DNA of 63,222 nt from Roseburia sp. Its GTDB lineage: Bacteria > Bacillota > Clostridia > Lachnospirales > Lachnospiraceae. The stretch covers positions 599,191 to 662,412 of the forward strand of contig JAMPFA010000001.1 of the NCBI GenBank assembly GCA_023664725.1, in the 5' to 3' direction. Position 1 is the first letter of the stretch. The number at the start of each line of letters is the position of its first letter. The notes beneath the pieces are model-generated. The model was not told the origin of the DNA and did not search any database. It saw nothing but the letters and a program-made list of their open reading frames with translations. The position numbers and the translations under genes are program-made. Below, one piece after another: positions 49,135 through 60,000 of the stretch.

Positions 49135-50844
49135 TTATCCCTCCTGTAAGAACTCTTTTAGAGTATTTTTGATGGCTTGTAAGTAATCTGCTCTGTCCTT
49201 CTGACTCCAATAATGAATCTGGCTTGCATCTTCACTATAATATTTCAGAAAAACATTTCTTGTACATATAGGAATAAACTCTCCGTTCCTATCCTTTTTG
49301 ACTATGATTCCTCTCTTAACATCAAAGAAACTGTTACTGAGGGCACTATTTGTATTTCTGTCAAGTAATGCCAAGTTACTTATATTATTCAAATCCGTAC
49401 CATAATCCGATTCTATTTCTTTGCAGATTTCATCAAAAAGCTGAGTGAAACTGTCCTGTGTTATATGTTTCCTGTCGAAATTCTCAAGCATCTCAACAAT
49501 CTTCTCATATTTATTGCTGCCTTCTTGGTTCACGATAGTTTTGAAACTTGTAAGATGTTCATCTATCCATGCAAGCATAGCATCGGAAGAATTCAGAATA
49601 CCTTCTGCATTTTGAGCGTGTATATGTTCTAAAGACCACTCATTCTTATGGTATTCATCAAAACGGAATCTGGAATAAGCATTACTTTTATTCATAATTG
49701 TTATAACATTGAACAAAAGAAGCACCGTGTTGATATCATCTGCATTATCATTATAATCCAAAATACTAATATCCCCTATCCGCTCCATCTTTCTCTTGAT
49801 AATGTCCTTTATACTTTCAAGAAACTCAGACTTTGAATAGTTGCAAGCCTTATATTCGTATATCAAGTCTTCAATTGAACTAAGTTTCCTTGATGTGATA
49901 AATCCGATCAGATGGTAATAAACCTGATTGTTATACCACTCCATGACAGTCTGAAAATAATCCTTGATTTTCTTCCACACATCATCAACCAACATGGTTT
50001 TTAACATCTCATTAAACTTATGAAAAGTCGCAAATTCTCCATTGGTCTCATAGTCACTATAATTTATGGAATCAAAAATATATTCAATACGAACCTCAGG
50101 CTGTTTTGAATACTGCCGATTGATAAAATACCACACCTTATCATCCTGCAGTGTGTTTTCTATTGTATCCCACTCATTAGCAATCTCCATTTGACGTAAA
50201 TATGTAACTTTGCTATCCCCGGAATAATTTGATTCCTTGAGAAGAAGCGCCTTGATAAGCTCAGCATTTGTCAGCGGAATCTTTCCAATGTTGAGTCTGG
50301 TAAAAATACTCTCTGCATCTACATCATCAACCTCATACCAGATTACCTTGCAGAATCTTAACAAATGAGTTGTCATCTCCGTCTCGAGGGAATATTCTTC
50401 ATATTCTTCTACCATTGTGTCAAACCAGTTTTCAACAGTAGCAAAAGCTGTCTTCATAAAATAGAAATCAATATTCTTTTCCACAATCTCCCCTTTTGCC
50501 CTATCACAAATCTCATCAAGGAACTTTTCGCTGCCTTCTCTTGACGCATAATCAATGCTATAGGTTCTTCGCTGATTAAGGTATTTCAGAATAATCAGTA
50601 TCGTGGTAAGTCTCTGCTGACCATCTATGACATCATATAAGCCTCCCCTTTTTTTCACAACAATAGGTTGGAGGCAGTAAAACTCTCCTGCACTTGTATT
50701 TGCGGAATTTTTAAACTCATATAAATCATTCAGCAAGTCTTCTACTTGCTGAACATCCCATCTGTATCCCCTTTGGTATGTGGGAATAAAGAACTTCTTA
50801 TTAATCAATTTATTTACTTCCCATAGTTCAATCGTATTTGACAC
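49135..50844 (-). CDS. GmrSD-like protein: N-terminal DUF262 plus C-terminal DUF1524 HNH-like (His-Me finger) nuclease domain.
   Basis: 569 aa; FFIPTYQRGYRW...VIDGQQRLTT...RLNIGKIPLTNAE (DUF262) and EHIHAQN...ALLDRNTNSALSN (DUF1524 H-N-N); 4 nt upstream of the next DUF262 gene. Confidence 0.8.
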   Translation of the reverse strand: MSNTIELWEVNKLINKKFFIPTYQRGYRWDVQQVEDLLNDLYEFKNSANTSAGEFYCLQPIVVKKRGGLYDVIDGQQRLTTILIILKYLNQRRTYSIDYASREGSEKFLDEICDRAKGEIVEKNIDFYFMKTAFATVENWFDTMVEEYEEYSLETEMTTHLLRFCKVIWYEVDDVDAESIFTRLNIGKIPLTNAELIKALLLKESNYSGDSKVTYLRQMEIANEWDTIENTLQDDKVWYFINRQYSKQPEVRIEYIFDSINYSDYETNGEFATFHKFNEMLKTMLVDDVWKKIKDYFQTVMEWYNNQVYYHLIGFITSRKLSSIEDLIYEYKACNYSKSEFLESIKDIIKRKMERIGDISILDYNDNADDINTVLLLFNVITIMNKSNAYSRFRFDEYHKNEWSLEHIHAQNAEGILNSSDAMLAWIDEHLTSFKTIVNQEGSNKYEKIVEMLENFDRKHITQDSFTQLFDEICKEIESDYGTDLNNISNLALLDRNTNSALSNSFFDVKRGIIVKKDRNGEFIPICTRNVFLKYYSEDASQIHYWSQKDRADYLQAIKNTLKEFLQEG

Positions 50845-51125
50845 GTTTTCACACCTCCGTTCTGTTTACTCTGATTATACCTTTTTACTGCATGAAGTAC
50901 AACAAAAGTTTAACATATTCATCGTATGGAAGCTCTTCCCAATCTGTGTAATTTCTATATTCTTCTTTTCTACAAAATAAAAGCATCTGGATATTTATTC
51001 TCCAAACGCTTTTAAACAACTCACTGAAACGAGTATTTTTTTCGTGTTTGTTATCGGACAAACTTGCGTACTTTTGACATAAATTTCGTCAATCGGTCTT
51101 TTTTAGAATGTTTCCAATCTATCTA

Positions 51126-52295
51126 CTAAATCTCCTCCCCCAACATCTCAGAATAAAACCCTCTCACAAACTCCTCCACGTCTTTTTCACCTTCCGCCTC
51201 CCCTTTCACCCCCAGCTTTTGAAGCCTCCCAACATAATCCAGGAGAAACAGGTACTCATTGTCAAAAGTCTCCCCAAACAACTCACTGTATGTCTGCTCT
51301 ATGCCCAAAATTTTCTCCGCTTTCCTGTCCCCAAAATCAATGTCCATCTGAATATCACCATGGGCCTCGTAAAGCCGAAATCCTGTTACTTCCTGGATGG
51401 AGTACACCTCTTTTCTCCACAGATTGCAGATGCGAAATTCGTCCCCTGCAAATTCTGTGTAAATGTGTGTCCCACAGGACATCAGCAGAATCCCGGAAAA
51501 AAAGCAGACGATAGACAAAACCTGCAGAAACTTTGAAACCTTTCCCCTCTCCCTGTTCCAAAATAACCAGGCTCTGGCAAGCACAAAAACCAGGATAGCT
51601 GCAAAACTGTAATCCCAGTGATAATTGCGCAGCAAAATTACCGTCTCATCCACTGGCGGCTCCAACGCAGCATACAGAAGAATCCAGGAAACCACTACCG
51701 CCAGAACTATGGCACACATGAAAAATATCACCTCCACTACAGCCATAATTTTTTCCAGGATAAAAAGGACAATAGGAAGCAATCCCTCTTTTCCCATTTT
51801 TAACTGATGATAAAACAGTTTCTTTTCTATTATGACCAGAGCATAGGGACACAGGGAACAGACAATGCCAAGCCCGGTCAAAAACCCAATCTTTTCACAG
51901 TACCATACCCCATCTTCCTGCCATATTCCCGTCATGACCATGACAAAGGAAAAACTTAAAATCCAGGTGGAGGGACGCTTCATCTGATGAAAAACATGGC
52001 GCAGATATTCCTCCGCCGGAAATGCGTGAAGACGCACCACCTGGCTGATGGACATTCTTTTTCCTGTGATCTCATCCTCCATCACATTCAGATACATATC
52101 CCAACAAAACCGCCCCACCTCCAGAGCTATGATGATCAAAACCGCTGCGCCGAGAATACGATAGAGCATACTCTCCTCCCAGGCCATCACATACAGGAAG
52201 GAAACGCACACATAGCCTGCCGTTGCAAATACACTTCTCTTGTAATCCAGGAAATTGTTCTTTTTCACCCACGTCGCAAAACCCTTTACATCCAT
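51126..52295 (-). CDS. Membrane protein (~8 TM) with a C-terminal soluble domain, downstream of the frameshifted ABC ATPase.
   Basis: 389 aa; hydrophobic core; acidic C-terminal domain; 10-nt overlap with the ATPase gene end. Confidence 0.55.
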   Translation of the reverse strand: MDVKGFATWVKKNNFLDYKRSVFATAGYVCVSFLYVMAWEESMLYRILGAAVLIIIALEVGRFCWDMYLNVMEDEITGKRMSISQVVRLHAFPAEEYLRHVFHQMKRPSTWILSFSFVMVMTGIWQEDGVWYCEKIGFLTGLGIVCSLCPYALVIIEKKLFYHQLKMGKEGLLPIVLFILEKIMAVVEVIFFMCAIVLAVVVSWILLYAALEPPVDETVILLRNYHWDYSFAAILVFVLARAWLFWNRERGKVSKFLQVLSIVCFFSGILLMSCGTHIYTEFAGDEFRICNLWRKEVYSIQEVTGFRLYEAHGDIQMDIDFGDRKAEKILGIEQTYSELFGETFDNEYLFLLDYVGRLQKLGVKGEAEGEKDVEEFVRGFYSEMLGEEI

Positions 52296-53004
52296 AGCAC
52301 ACTTCCCCCCATCTGTCCCGGGAAACTCTCTCTGTCCCCAAAAAAACTCATCCTGCCCTCTTCCATCACTCCCACATAGTCGGCCACATCCTCAATGTCC
52401 TCCAAAATATGGGTGGAGAGGATCACACTAAGCTCCTCCCTGGCAATCTGGCTCTGAAGCTTATCCATCAAACTTACCCGAAACACCGGGTCAAGGTTTG
52501 CCCCAGGCTCATCCAAAAGCAGAAGCTTTGGCCTTCTCGCCATTGCAAAGGCCAGCTGGATCTGTTTTTTCTCCCCGGTGGACACTTCCCCCAGCGGTTT
52601 TTCCAACATGTTTACGTCCATTCCGAAATCCCTCAAAAGCTCATGAAAAAATTTACGTGAAAATCCTGGGTAAAAATCGCTGAAATAATCCACGTTTTCC
52701 ACAATGCTTCCCTGCCGAAAAAAAGTTCTTCCTCCCCCACGTAGGCAATCTCCTGGCGAAAATCCGCCTTTTCTATCTCTCTGGCACTGCCAAACTCTCT
52801 GCCCTTCCATGTGACCGTCCCCTCATCAGGCTTTTTCAGCCCGTAGAGCAGGCGAAACAATGTGCTTTTCCCGGAACCGTTTTTCCCAAGCAGACACATA
52901 AAATATCCCTGCTCCAGTTCAAAATTTACATTGCTGATCCTAAAGTCTGTCCGCCTCCCTCTTGCGGTGCGGACAAAATATGCAAGATTTTTTACCTGTA
53001 ACAT
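52286..53004 (-). pseudogene. ABC transporter ATP-binding protein interrupted by a -1 frameshift in a T7 tract (plus-strand A7 at 52718-52724).
   Basis: ORF 52633..53004 carries Walker A (GKNGSGKST). ORF 52286..52810 carries the signature (LSTGEKKQIQLA) and Walker B (LLLLDEP). Inserting one T restores a continuous ~239-aa protein (...EEELFFRQGSIVENVDYF...). Confidence 0.7.
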
Positions 53005-53042
53005 TGTTTTCCTCCCCTGTGAAAAATGCTTCGCCCTTTCTC

Positions 53043-53420
53043 CTACCAGAAAATATCGATCATTTCTTTTATATCTTCTTTTGAGATTCCCGCCTCTTTA
53101 CATTTCCCAATCACCTTTGTCAATTCTTCCTCCACTCCACGTACCCTTTTTTCCTCCAGAAACTCTCTGTCCGGGTTGTCCACATAAAACCCTTTTCCCG
53201 GCACAGAGTACACCATGCCCTCTTTTTCCAGCTCCTCGTAGGCCCGTTTTGTGGTGATCACACTGATTTTCAGATCGCTGGCAAGACAGCGGATGGATGG
53301 CAGCGGCTCCCCCTCCTTCAATATTCCTTTCAATATCAGTTCTTTGATCTGGCTGCCGATCTGCTCGTAAATCGGCACACCGCTTTTTGACTGTATTCGC
53401 AGATTCATAATTTCCTCCAC
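53043..53420 (-). CDS. GntR-family (YtrA-like, short) transcriptional regulator.
   Basis: 125 aa; HTH ...LPSIRCLASDLKISVITTKRAYEELE... Confidence 0.85.
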   Translation of the reverse strand: MEEIMNLRIQSKSGVPIYEQIGSQIKELILKGILKEGEPLPSIRCLASDLKISVITTKRAYEELEKEGMVYSVPGKGFYVDNPDREFLEEKRVRGVEEELTKVIGKCKEAGISKEDIKEMIDIFW

Positions 53421-53441
53421 CTACACGCTTTTTCCCATTCA

Positions 53442-54137
53442 CTAACGTTCATATCCCTGTCTCCAAATCCATATCGTCTGTAGGAAAAACAGCACAAAAA
53501 TAATCCCGTCAATCACATAGGCAAATTTCCACTTGCTTCCCACCAGAAATCGGAACAGTTTTATATCGCCAAACACACCCAGCGTATAGAAAAAAAGATA
53601 AACCACTCCTCCATAACAACAGGAGATAACGCACAGCGGATTTGGCACTCCTCTTTTCGCTTTCTTCTCCCGCTCACTGCCGGCTCCCCCTGAAAGATAC
53701 ACAGCTCTCTCCCCTTCACGGATCACTGCCAGGATAAAACACATTCGGATATTAAACAAAATGAGAAACAAACAGACAGTGATTTTCACAAGAAAATATA
53801 TGGTCTCACCTTCCCAGGAAAATCTCTCATTTAGACAAAACCAAAACACATATCCCAGGGTTACAGCCAAAGTGTAGATCCCTGCAATGAATATACTCTC
53901 TCTGGCTGCCATCTTTTTTCTCTGGCTGCCTGTCTGGGGAAGGAAGTTTTCCACAGGAGAAAGCGCAACATCCAATGTGGTTTCCATAAAGAGCATGCTA
54001 TGTGCCAATACGATCATGCAGGGAATTTCTTTAAAGGGGATTTCCCCAAATAGCATCAAAAGAATGATCGGTATTTTTAAACAGATGAGAATCCCTTTAT
54101 TCTCCGTCCAAATTCGTAAAACCGCCTGTTTCCACAT
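53442..54137 (-). CDS. Membrane protein (6 TM) partner of the ABC ATPase (ABC-2-like).
   Basis: 231 aa; hydrophobic; overlaps the upstream ATPase gene. Confidence 0.55.
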   Translation of the reverse strand: MWKQAVLRIWTENKGILICLKIPIILLMLFGEIPFKEIPCMIVLAHSMLFMETTLDVALSPVENFLPQTGSQRKKMAARESIFIAGIYTLAVTLGYVFWFCLNERFSWEGETIYFLVKITVCLFLILFNIRMCFILAVIREGERAVYLSGGAGSEREKKAKRGVPNPLCVISCCYGGVVYLFFYTLGVFGDIKLFRFLVGSKWKFAYVIDGIIFVLFFLQTIWIWRQGYER

Positions 54138-55047
54138 AGTATATGATCTCCTTTAACGTCGGACGCCTGCTGACTTTTTTCAACCACTCCGGTAGATTTT
54201 CTCTTGAAATCCTTACCAGCAGTTCCTTTGCATTCTCCCTGTCCCGTATAAATGCCACCGCCTCCGCCGGCAATTCCCACGCCTCATCCCTGGATGCCTG
54301 GATCAACTGGAACTGTCCCATAAGTTCCTCTGTCTCGCCAAAATATTTCTGGACGCCTTCTTTTATCTTCTCCTCTTTTTTTCCTGCCCCAATCCACAAA
54401 ATGTAATCTGCCATCCGCTCCAGCTCATCCACCAGATGGCTTACATAGATCACGCTGCGATCTCCCTCTCTGATCAGTTCCTTTGTTCTCTCCCAGAACA
54501 GCTCCCGAACCCCCGGGTCAAGATTTCCCGCAGGCTCGTCAAAAATATAAAGCCTGGCATCATAGGAAAGGGCAAAGGCAAGCTGCTGCCTGATCTTTTG
54601 CCCTGTGGAAAGCTTCTTTATGGGAATCTTTTCCGGAACCCCAAATTCCCTTAAAAGCGATCTGTATTTTGACCTGTCAAATTTCTCATAATAGCAGGCA
54701 TAGAGCCTGGCACAGTCCAAAGCGTTTATTTTTTGTGGAAAAGGCGTCTCATTTAACACAAACGCCAGACTTTTTTTGTATGCGGCAATATCCTCTCCCA
54801 TGGTCATGCCCTTTAACACTACCCGGTTCTGCTCTCCCCTCTTATATTCCCCCAAAAGAGCGTACACCAGCGTGGACTTTCCCACACCGTTTCGCCCCAT
54901 AACCCCCAATATGTACCCTGACGGCAGATCAAACTGAATATTCTTTAACGTAAAACTGTCTCTCTCCAGCGTAAGATTCCTGCACTGCAGTAAATAGTCA
55001 TTGTTCTGTGACATATAAATCCTCCTGTTTATATATACAGCATACAC
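54097..55047 (-). CDS. ABC transporter ATP-binding protein with a C-terminal extension.
   Basis: Walker A GRNGVGKST, signature LSTGQKIRQQLA, Walker B LYIFDEP; 316 aa. Confidence 0.85.
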   Translation of the reverse strand: MYAVYINRRIYMSQNNDYLLQCRNLTLERDSFTLKNIQFDLPSGYILGVMGRNGVGKSTLVYALLGEYKRGEQNRVVLKGMTMGEDIAAYKKSLAFVLNETPFPQKINALDCARLYACYYEKFDRSKYRSLLREFGVPEKIPIKKLSTGQKIRQQLAFALSYDARLYIFDEPAGNLDPGVRELFWERTKELIREGDRSVIYVSHLVDELERMADYILWIGAGKKEEKIKEGVQKYFGETEELMGQFQLIQASRDEAWELPAEAVAFIRDRENAKELLVRISRENLPEWLKKVSRRPTLKEIIYYVETGGFTNLDGE

Positions 55048-55127
55048 AGTTATATACAGAATGTCAACAAAAAAAGTTCTATTTCGTCAAAGCATATGCC
55101 GATTCAGGCAAAACTGCCTGTTTCCTG

Positions 55128-56336
55128 TTACGCATCCACTGTCATTGTAATCTGAAATACCGTCCCCTTTTTCTTCCGCTTTGCCACGATCATCCCTCCC
55201 TGCCCCTCCAAAATTTTTCTTGTAAGATAGAGACCAACGCCAGCCCCCTCTTTTACCAGCTTAGAAGCCTCCTCCCCCCGGTAAAATCTGTGAAAAATCT
55301 TGTGAAGCTCCTGGGAGGAAATCCCGATTCCCTCATCCTCGATCTCAACAGAAACCATCCTGTTCCATGCAGTGACTCTAAGCTCCATCCTACCCTTTGG
55401 ATGGGAATATTTGATTCCGTTGTCCAGTACGTTTACAAAGGCCTCAACTGTCCATTTTTTATCCAAAAAAAGCCAGATATCTTCCTCTGGAAGATCCGCC
55501 TGCAGTTCGATCCCTTTGTGATTCGCTTTCATGTAAACCTGATTCATGGCTTCCACCAGCAGCTCTTTCAGATTTGCCCGCTCCCGCTTCAACTGGATCA
55601 TACTGCTCTCCAATCTGGAAAGTTTCATAAGCTCTTCCAAAAGGCTTTCCAGTTTGTCTATTTCCTGCTCTTCCCTCTGGAGAAATTCCTCCCGCTCTTC
55701 CTCTGTAAGACATTCCTCCTGCATCATCTCATAGTTTAAGCGCACGGCAGCCAGCGGGGTTTTCAGCTGATGGGAAATGTCGGTGATCAATGATTTTGTG
55801 CTGTCTTCCTCCATCGCCAGTTTCTCTTTCAGCACGGAAAAATATTGTCCCAGCTCCCATATGCTCTCCTCCATCTGCGAGAAAGCGATCCTTGATTCCA
55901 CGTCGAAATTTCCCAAATCCAAATCTTTTCTCACTTCAAAATTTCCCTTTTGGAACTGTTCCATCTGCTCCCGAAACATCTGCAGATTATAGATATAAGA
56001 CTGAAAAAATGCTCTCTCCCTTCTCCTTCCCAATATCTCCATCACCAGCAAAGCTATCAAAACTACAGCTGCCAGGACAATAAAAAAGGTTAGAGTATTC
56101 TGCTCCATCTCCCCGGCGTAATAAGCGCAGATTCCCTTAAGCTCCTCCTGCATCTTGGGGTATAGGGTGGTAAGTTCCTCCTCCTGCCGGCCAAAGAGCC
56201 TGATATTTTCCCTGATACAAAACAATGCCCCAAAAAACGCCAACAGCAATACGGCAATAAACTCTGCCAATAATTTTATGATTTGTTTACCTTTTCTGTC
56301 CATATATATCCCAGCCCTCTTATATTGGAAATACAA
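55128..56336 (-). CDS. Sensor histidine kinase (intramembrane-sensing type, two TM helices).
   Basis: HisKA H-box DISHQLKTPLAAV and an HATPase_c domain (N, G1, G2 boxes). The precise start is uncertain because the ORF overlaps the response-regulator gene end. Confidence 0.8.
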   Translation of the reverse strand: MYFQYKRAGIYMDRKGKQIIKLLAEFIAVLLLAFFGALFCIRENIRLFGRQEEELTTLYPKMQEELKGICAYYAGEMEQNTLTFFIVLAAVVLIALLVMEILGRRRERAFFQSYIYNLQMFREQMEQFQKGNFEVRKDLDLGNFDVESRIAFSQMEESIWELGQYFSVLKEKLAMEEDSTKSLITDISHQLKTPLAAVRLNYEMMQEECLTEEEREEFLQREEQEIDKLESLLEELMKLSRLESSMIQLKRERANLKELLVEAMNQVYMKANHKGIELQADLPEEDIWLFLDKKWTVEAFVNVLDNGIKYSHPKGRMELRVTAWNRMVSVEIEDEGIGISSQELHKIFHRFYRGEEASKLVKEGAGVGLYLTRKILEGQGGMIVAKRKKKGTVFQITMTVDA

Positions 56337-56962
56337 TCTGTCCCCAGTTTATTTTTCAGCCTGCTGATATTTACATTCACCGTATTGTCATCCACAAATT
56401 GTCCGTCGTTTCCCCATATTTTGTCCAGAATCTGCTCTTTTGTCAAAATCTGTCCGGCATTTTCCAGAAAATATAAAAAGAGAAGCATTTCCGTCCTGCT
56501 CAGAGATAAAATCTCCCCATGCTTTTTAACCTGCATCTCTTTTTTGGAATACTCAAACTCCCCGGAATACAAAAGATCTGTTTCCAGCCCTTCAAGCCTC
56601 CGCATCAGGGCATTTACTTTGGAAATTAAAACTGCCAGGGAAAAAGGCTTTGTGATGTAATCATCCGCCCCGGTGTCATAGCCGTTGATCATGTCAATTT
56701 CCGTATCCAGCGCAGTGAGAAACAATAGATAGCAGCTGCTGTTTTCCCGGACAAAACTTCCAAAGCTAAGACCATCCCCGTCCGGCAGATTGATATCACT
56801 GATCACCATTTCCACTTTCTGTTTTAGAAATATGTCTTTCGCCTCATGTATGGACTGGGCGGAGAATACGTTGTAGCCTTCTCTGCCCAATTTTAAGGAA
56901 ATGCCTCTGTTTAAATTTTCATCATCTTCTAAAATTAATATTTTCTGATAACCCACAGTCAT
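56276..56962 (-). CDS. OmpR-family response regulator.
   Basis: Receiver domain (KILILEDDENL...D...) and winged-helix output (…RGLGYIW). Start set at MTVGYQK; the longer ORF in the table begins with TTG at 57055. Confidence 0.85.
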   Translation of the reverse strand: MTVGYQKILILEDDENLNRGISLKLGREGYNVFSAQSIHEAKDIFLKQKVEMVISDINLPDGDGLSFGSFVRENSSCYLLFLTALDTEIDMINGYDTGADDYITKPFSLAVLISKVNALMRRLEGLETDLLYSGEFEYSKKEMQVKKHGEILSLSRTEMLLFLYFLENAGQILTKEQILDKIWGNDGQFVDDNTVNVNISRLKNKLGTDCISNIRGLGYIWTEKVNKS

Positions 56963-57076
56963 ACCCTGTCTCAATAATACCTTCATCTCTTCTGGGATGT
57001 TCAGCATCATGGAGCGATACTGCCCCATCCCATGGCTTTTCACCATAATAAACAACCTCGGGATAAATCAAATTCT

Positions 57077-60000
57077 TTACATAAAATATTTCACTCCCGA
57101 CTCAAAGAGCTTCATATCCTGCTCCCCGTAAATATTTACGGCGACAGACTGTCCGATACGCTCTGCATGCGCCATTTTTCCAAGAATGCGCCCATCGGGG
57201 CTGGTGATGCCCTCGATGGCTGCATAGGAGCCGTTTACATTCCACTCCTCATCCATAGTGGGCCTTCCCTTTTCATTGACGTACTGGGTAGCCACCTGCC
57301 CGTTGGCAAAGAGCTTGTCAATCCACTCCATGGGAGCCACAAAACGCCCCTCCCCGTGGGAAGCCGGATTGCAGTAGACACTGCCTGTCTCTGCCCCCAA
57401 AAGCCATGGGGACTTGTTGGTGACGACTTTCGTGTAAACCATCTTGCTGATATGGCGTCCCACCGTGTTGTAGGTCAGGGTGGGGGAATCCGGGGACTGC
57501 TCCCTGATCTGGCCATATGGCACCAATCCTAACTTTATCAGTGCCTGGAAACCGTTACAGATGCCAAGCATCAGTCCGTCCCTCTCGTTTAACAGCTTAT
57601 TTACCGCCTCCGTCAATCTCTCATTGCGGAAGGCTGTGGCAAAGAATTTTGCAGATCCCTCCGGCTCATCCCCGGCGGAAAATCCTCCCGGGAACATAAT
57701 AATCTGGGACTTTGCAATGGCCTTTTCAAAGACTTCCACAGAATCCCTGATATCTTCTTCACTTATATTCTTAAAGACTTTTGTGATCACATCCGCCCCT
57801 GCTGCCTCAAACGCCTTTGCGCTGTCATACTCGCAGTTTGTCCCCGGAAATACAGGGATAAACACAGTAGGCCTTGCCACCTTATGCTTGCAGACATAGA
57901 CACTTTCTGTCTTGAAAACCTCTGCCTTTACTTCCGACCTGTCAAGGGTTGCCCTGGTGGGGAACACTTTTTCCAATGTACCGGTCCATGCCGAAAGCGC
58001 CTCCTCCATGGAAAGTTTCATCTCTCCGCAGATAAAAGCTGTCTCATTATTTACCTTGCCCACTGGCATGACAAAATCAGAAAGCCCTGCTGCCTCAAAT
58101 GCCTGTGTGATCTCTCCCATTTTGCCCGGGGCTGCCTCTGCAATCATATTTCCAAATCCCGGCGCAAAGAGAATCTCTTTGGTAACCTGATCCGAAAGGG
58201 TAACGCCAAGTTTATTTCCAAATGCCATTTTGCCAAGGGCCGCCGCAAGTCCTTTTCCATCCAGAGCATAGGCGGAGATTACGGCACGGCTCTCTGTCAG
58301 AGTGTGGATAATGTCATATATCTTCATCACTGTCTCGTATTCCGGCAGATCATACTCGTCTCTTGGAACGCTAAATAATACCAGTTCATTTCCCGGCTGC
58401 TTCAATTCCGGCGTGATGATATCCCCCTCTTTTGCCACGTCCACGGCAAAGGACACAAGGGTGGGGGGAACGTCAATCTCGTTAAAACTTCCCGACATGC
58501 TGTCTTTTCCACCGATGGAGGGCAGGCCAAAACCAATCTGTGCACTGTAAGCTCCCAAAAGCGCAGCCAAGGGCTGGCTCCAGCGGGATGGCTCCTGTGA
58601 CATTCTCCTGAAATATTCCTGGAAGGTGAAACGGATCTTATGGAAATCCCCTCCTGCTGCCACTATCCGGGATACGGACTCAAGCACAGCATACACTGCC
58701 CCGTGGTATGGGCTCCAGGAAGATAGATAGGGATCAAATCCGTAGCTCATCATGGTTACCGTATCTGTTTTTCCCCCGGCCACCGGAAGCTTTGCCACCA
58801 TGCTCTGGGTCTCTGTCAGCTGGTAACGCCCGCCATAGGGCATGTACACGCTGCCTGCACCGATGGAGGCGTCAAACATTTCCACCAGTCCCTTCTGGGA
58901 GCACACATTCAAGTCTGAAAGCTCTGCCAGCCATGCTGCTTTCATATCATTTTTCTCCAGAGCCTCTTTCACCTTTGGAGTGGAAATCTTATTCAGATAA
59001 CTGTCCTCTTTCGAGGGAATGTCAACGGCAGCTTTCGTTTCCTGGTGTGCTCCGTTGGTATCCAGAAATGCCCGGGAAATATTTACGATTTCCTTTCCCC
59101 TCCAGCTTAACACAAGCCGGGGTTCCTCTGTCACAACAGCCACTTTTACTGCCTCTAAGTTCTCTTCCCTGGCATATGCCAAAAACTGCTGGGCATCCTC
59201 CGGGGCAACTACTACAGCCATCCTCTCCTGGGATTCGGAAATAGCAATCTCTGTTCCGTCCAATCCTGCATATTTTTTTGGAACCTTATCTAAGTCAACC
59301 CGAAGGCCGTCCGCCAGCTCACCGATGGCAACAGAGACACCCCCTGCGCCAAAGTCGTTACATTTTTTGATCATGTGGCTGACTTCCTCTCTTCGGAACA
59401 ATCTCTGGATTTTCCGCTCTGTGGGCGGATTGCCCTTCTGCACTTCTGCACCGCAGGTATCGATGGATGCCGTGTTGTGGGCTTTGGAGGAACCTGTTGC
59501 GCCGCCGCAGCCGTCCCGCCCGGTACGTCCACCTAAAAGGATAATGATATCTCCCGGGTCGGAGGTAAGCCTCTGCACCGCACGCCTCGGGGCGGCCCCC
59601 ATCACCGCACCAATCTCCATGCGCTTTGCCACATAATTGGGATGATACACTTCCTTTACATAACCGGTGGCAAGTCCAATCTGATTGCCGTAGGAGCTGT
59701 ACCCATGAGCTGCCCCCCGAACCAGCTTTTTCTGGGGAAGCTTGCCTTCCATGGTTTCCTTTACCGACACGGTGGGGTCTGCCGCACCTGTCACACGCAT
59801 TGCCTGATACACATAGGTTCTGCCGGATAAGGGGTCGCGGATTGCCCCGCCAAGACAAGTGGCAGCCCCTCCGAAAGGCTCTATCTCCGTGGGATGGTTG
59901 TGTGTCTCATTCTTAAAGTTCACCAGCCACTCCTCCACTTTTCCGTCCACCTCCACAGGCACTACAATGGAGCAGGCATTAATCTCATCGGATTCTTCCT

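Noticed and set aside
52286-53004. Annotating 52633..53004 and 52286..52810 as two separate genes (split ABC ATPase).
   Set aside because: The two ORFs overlap by 178 nt in different frames. A single nucleotide added in the T7 tract fuses them into one canonical ATPase, so this is a frameshift, not two genes.
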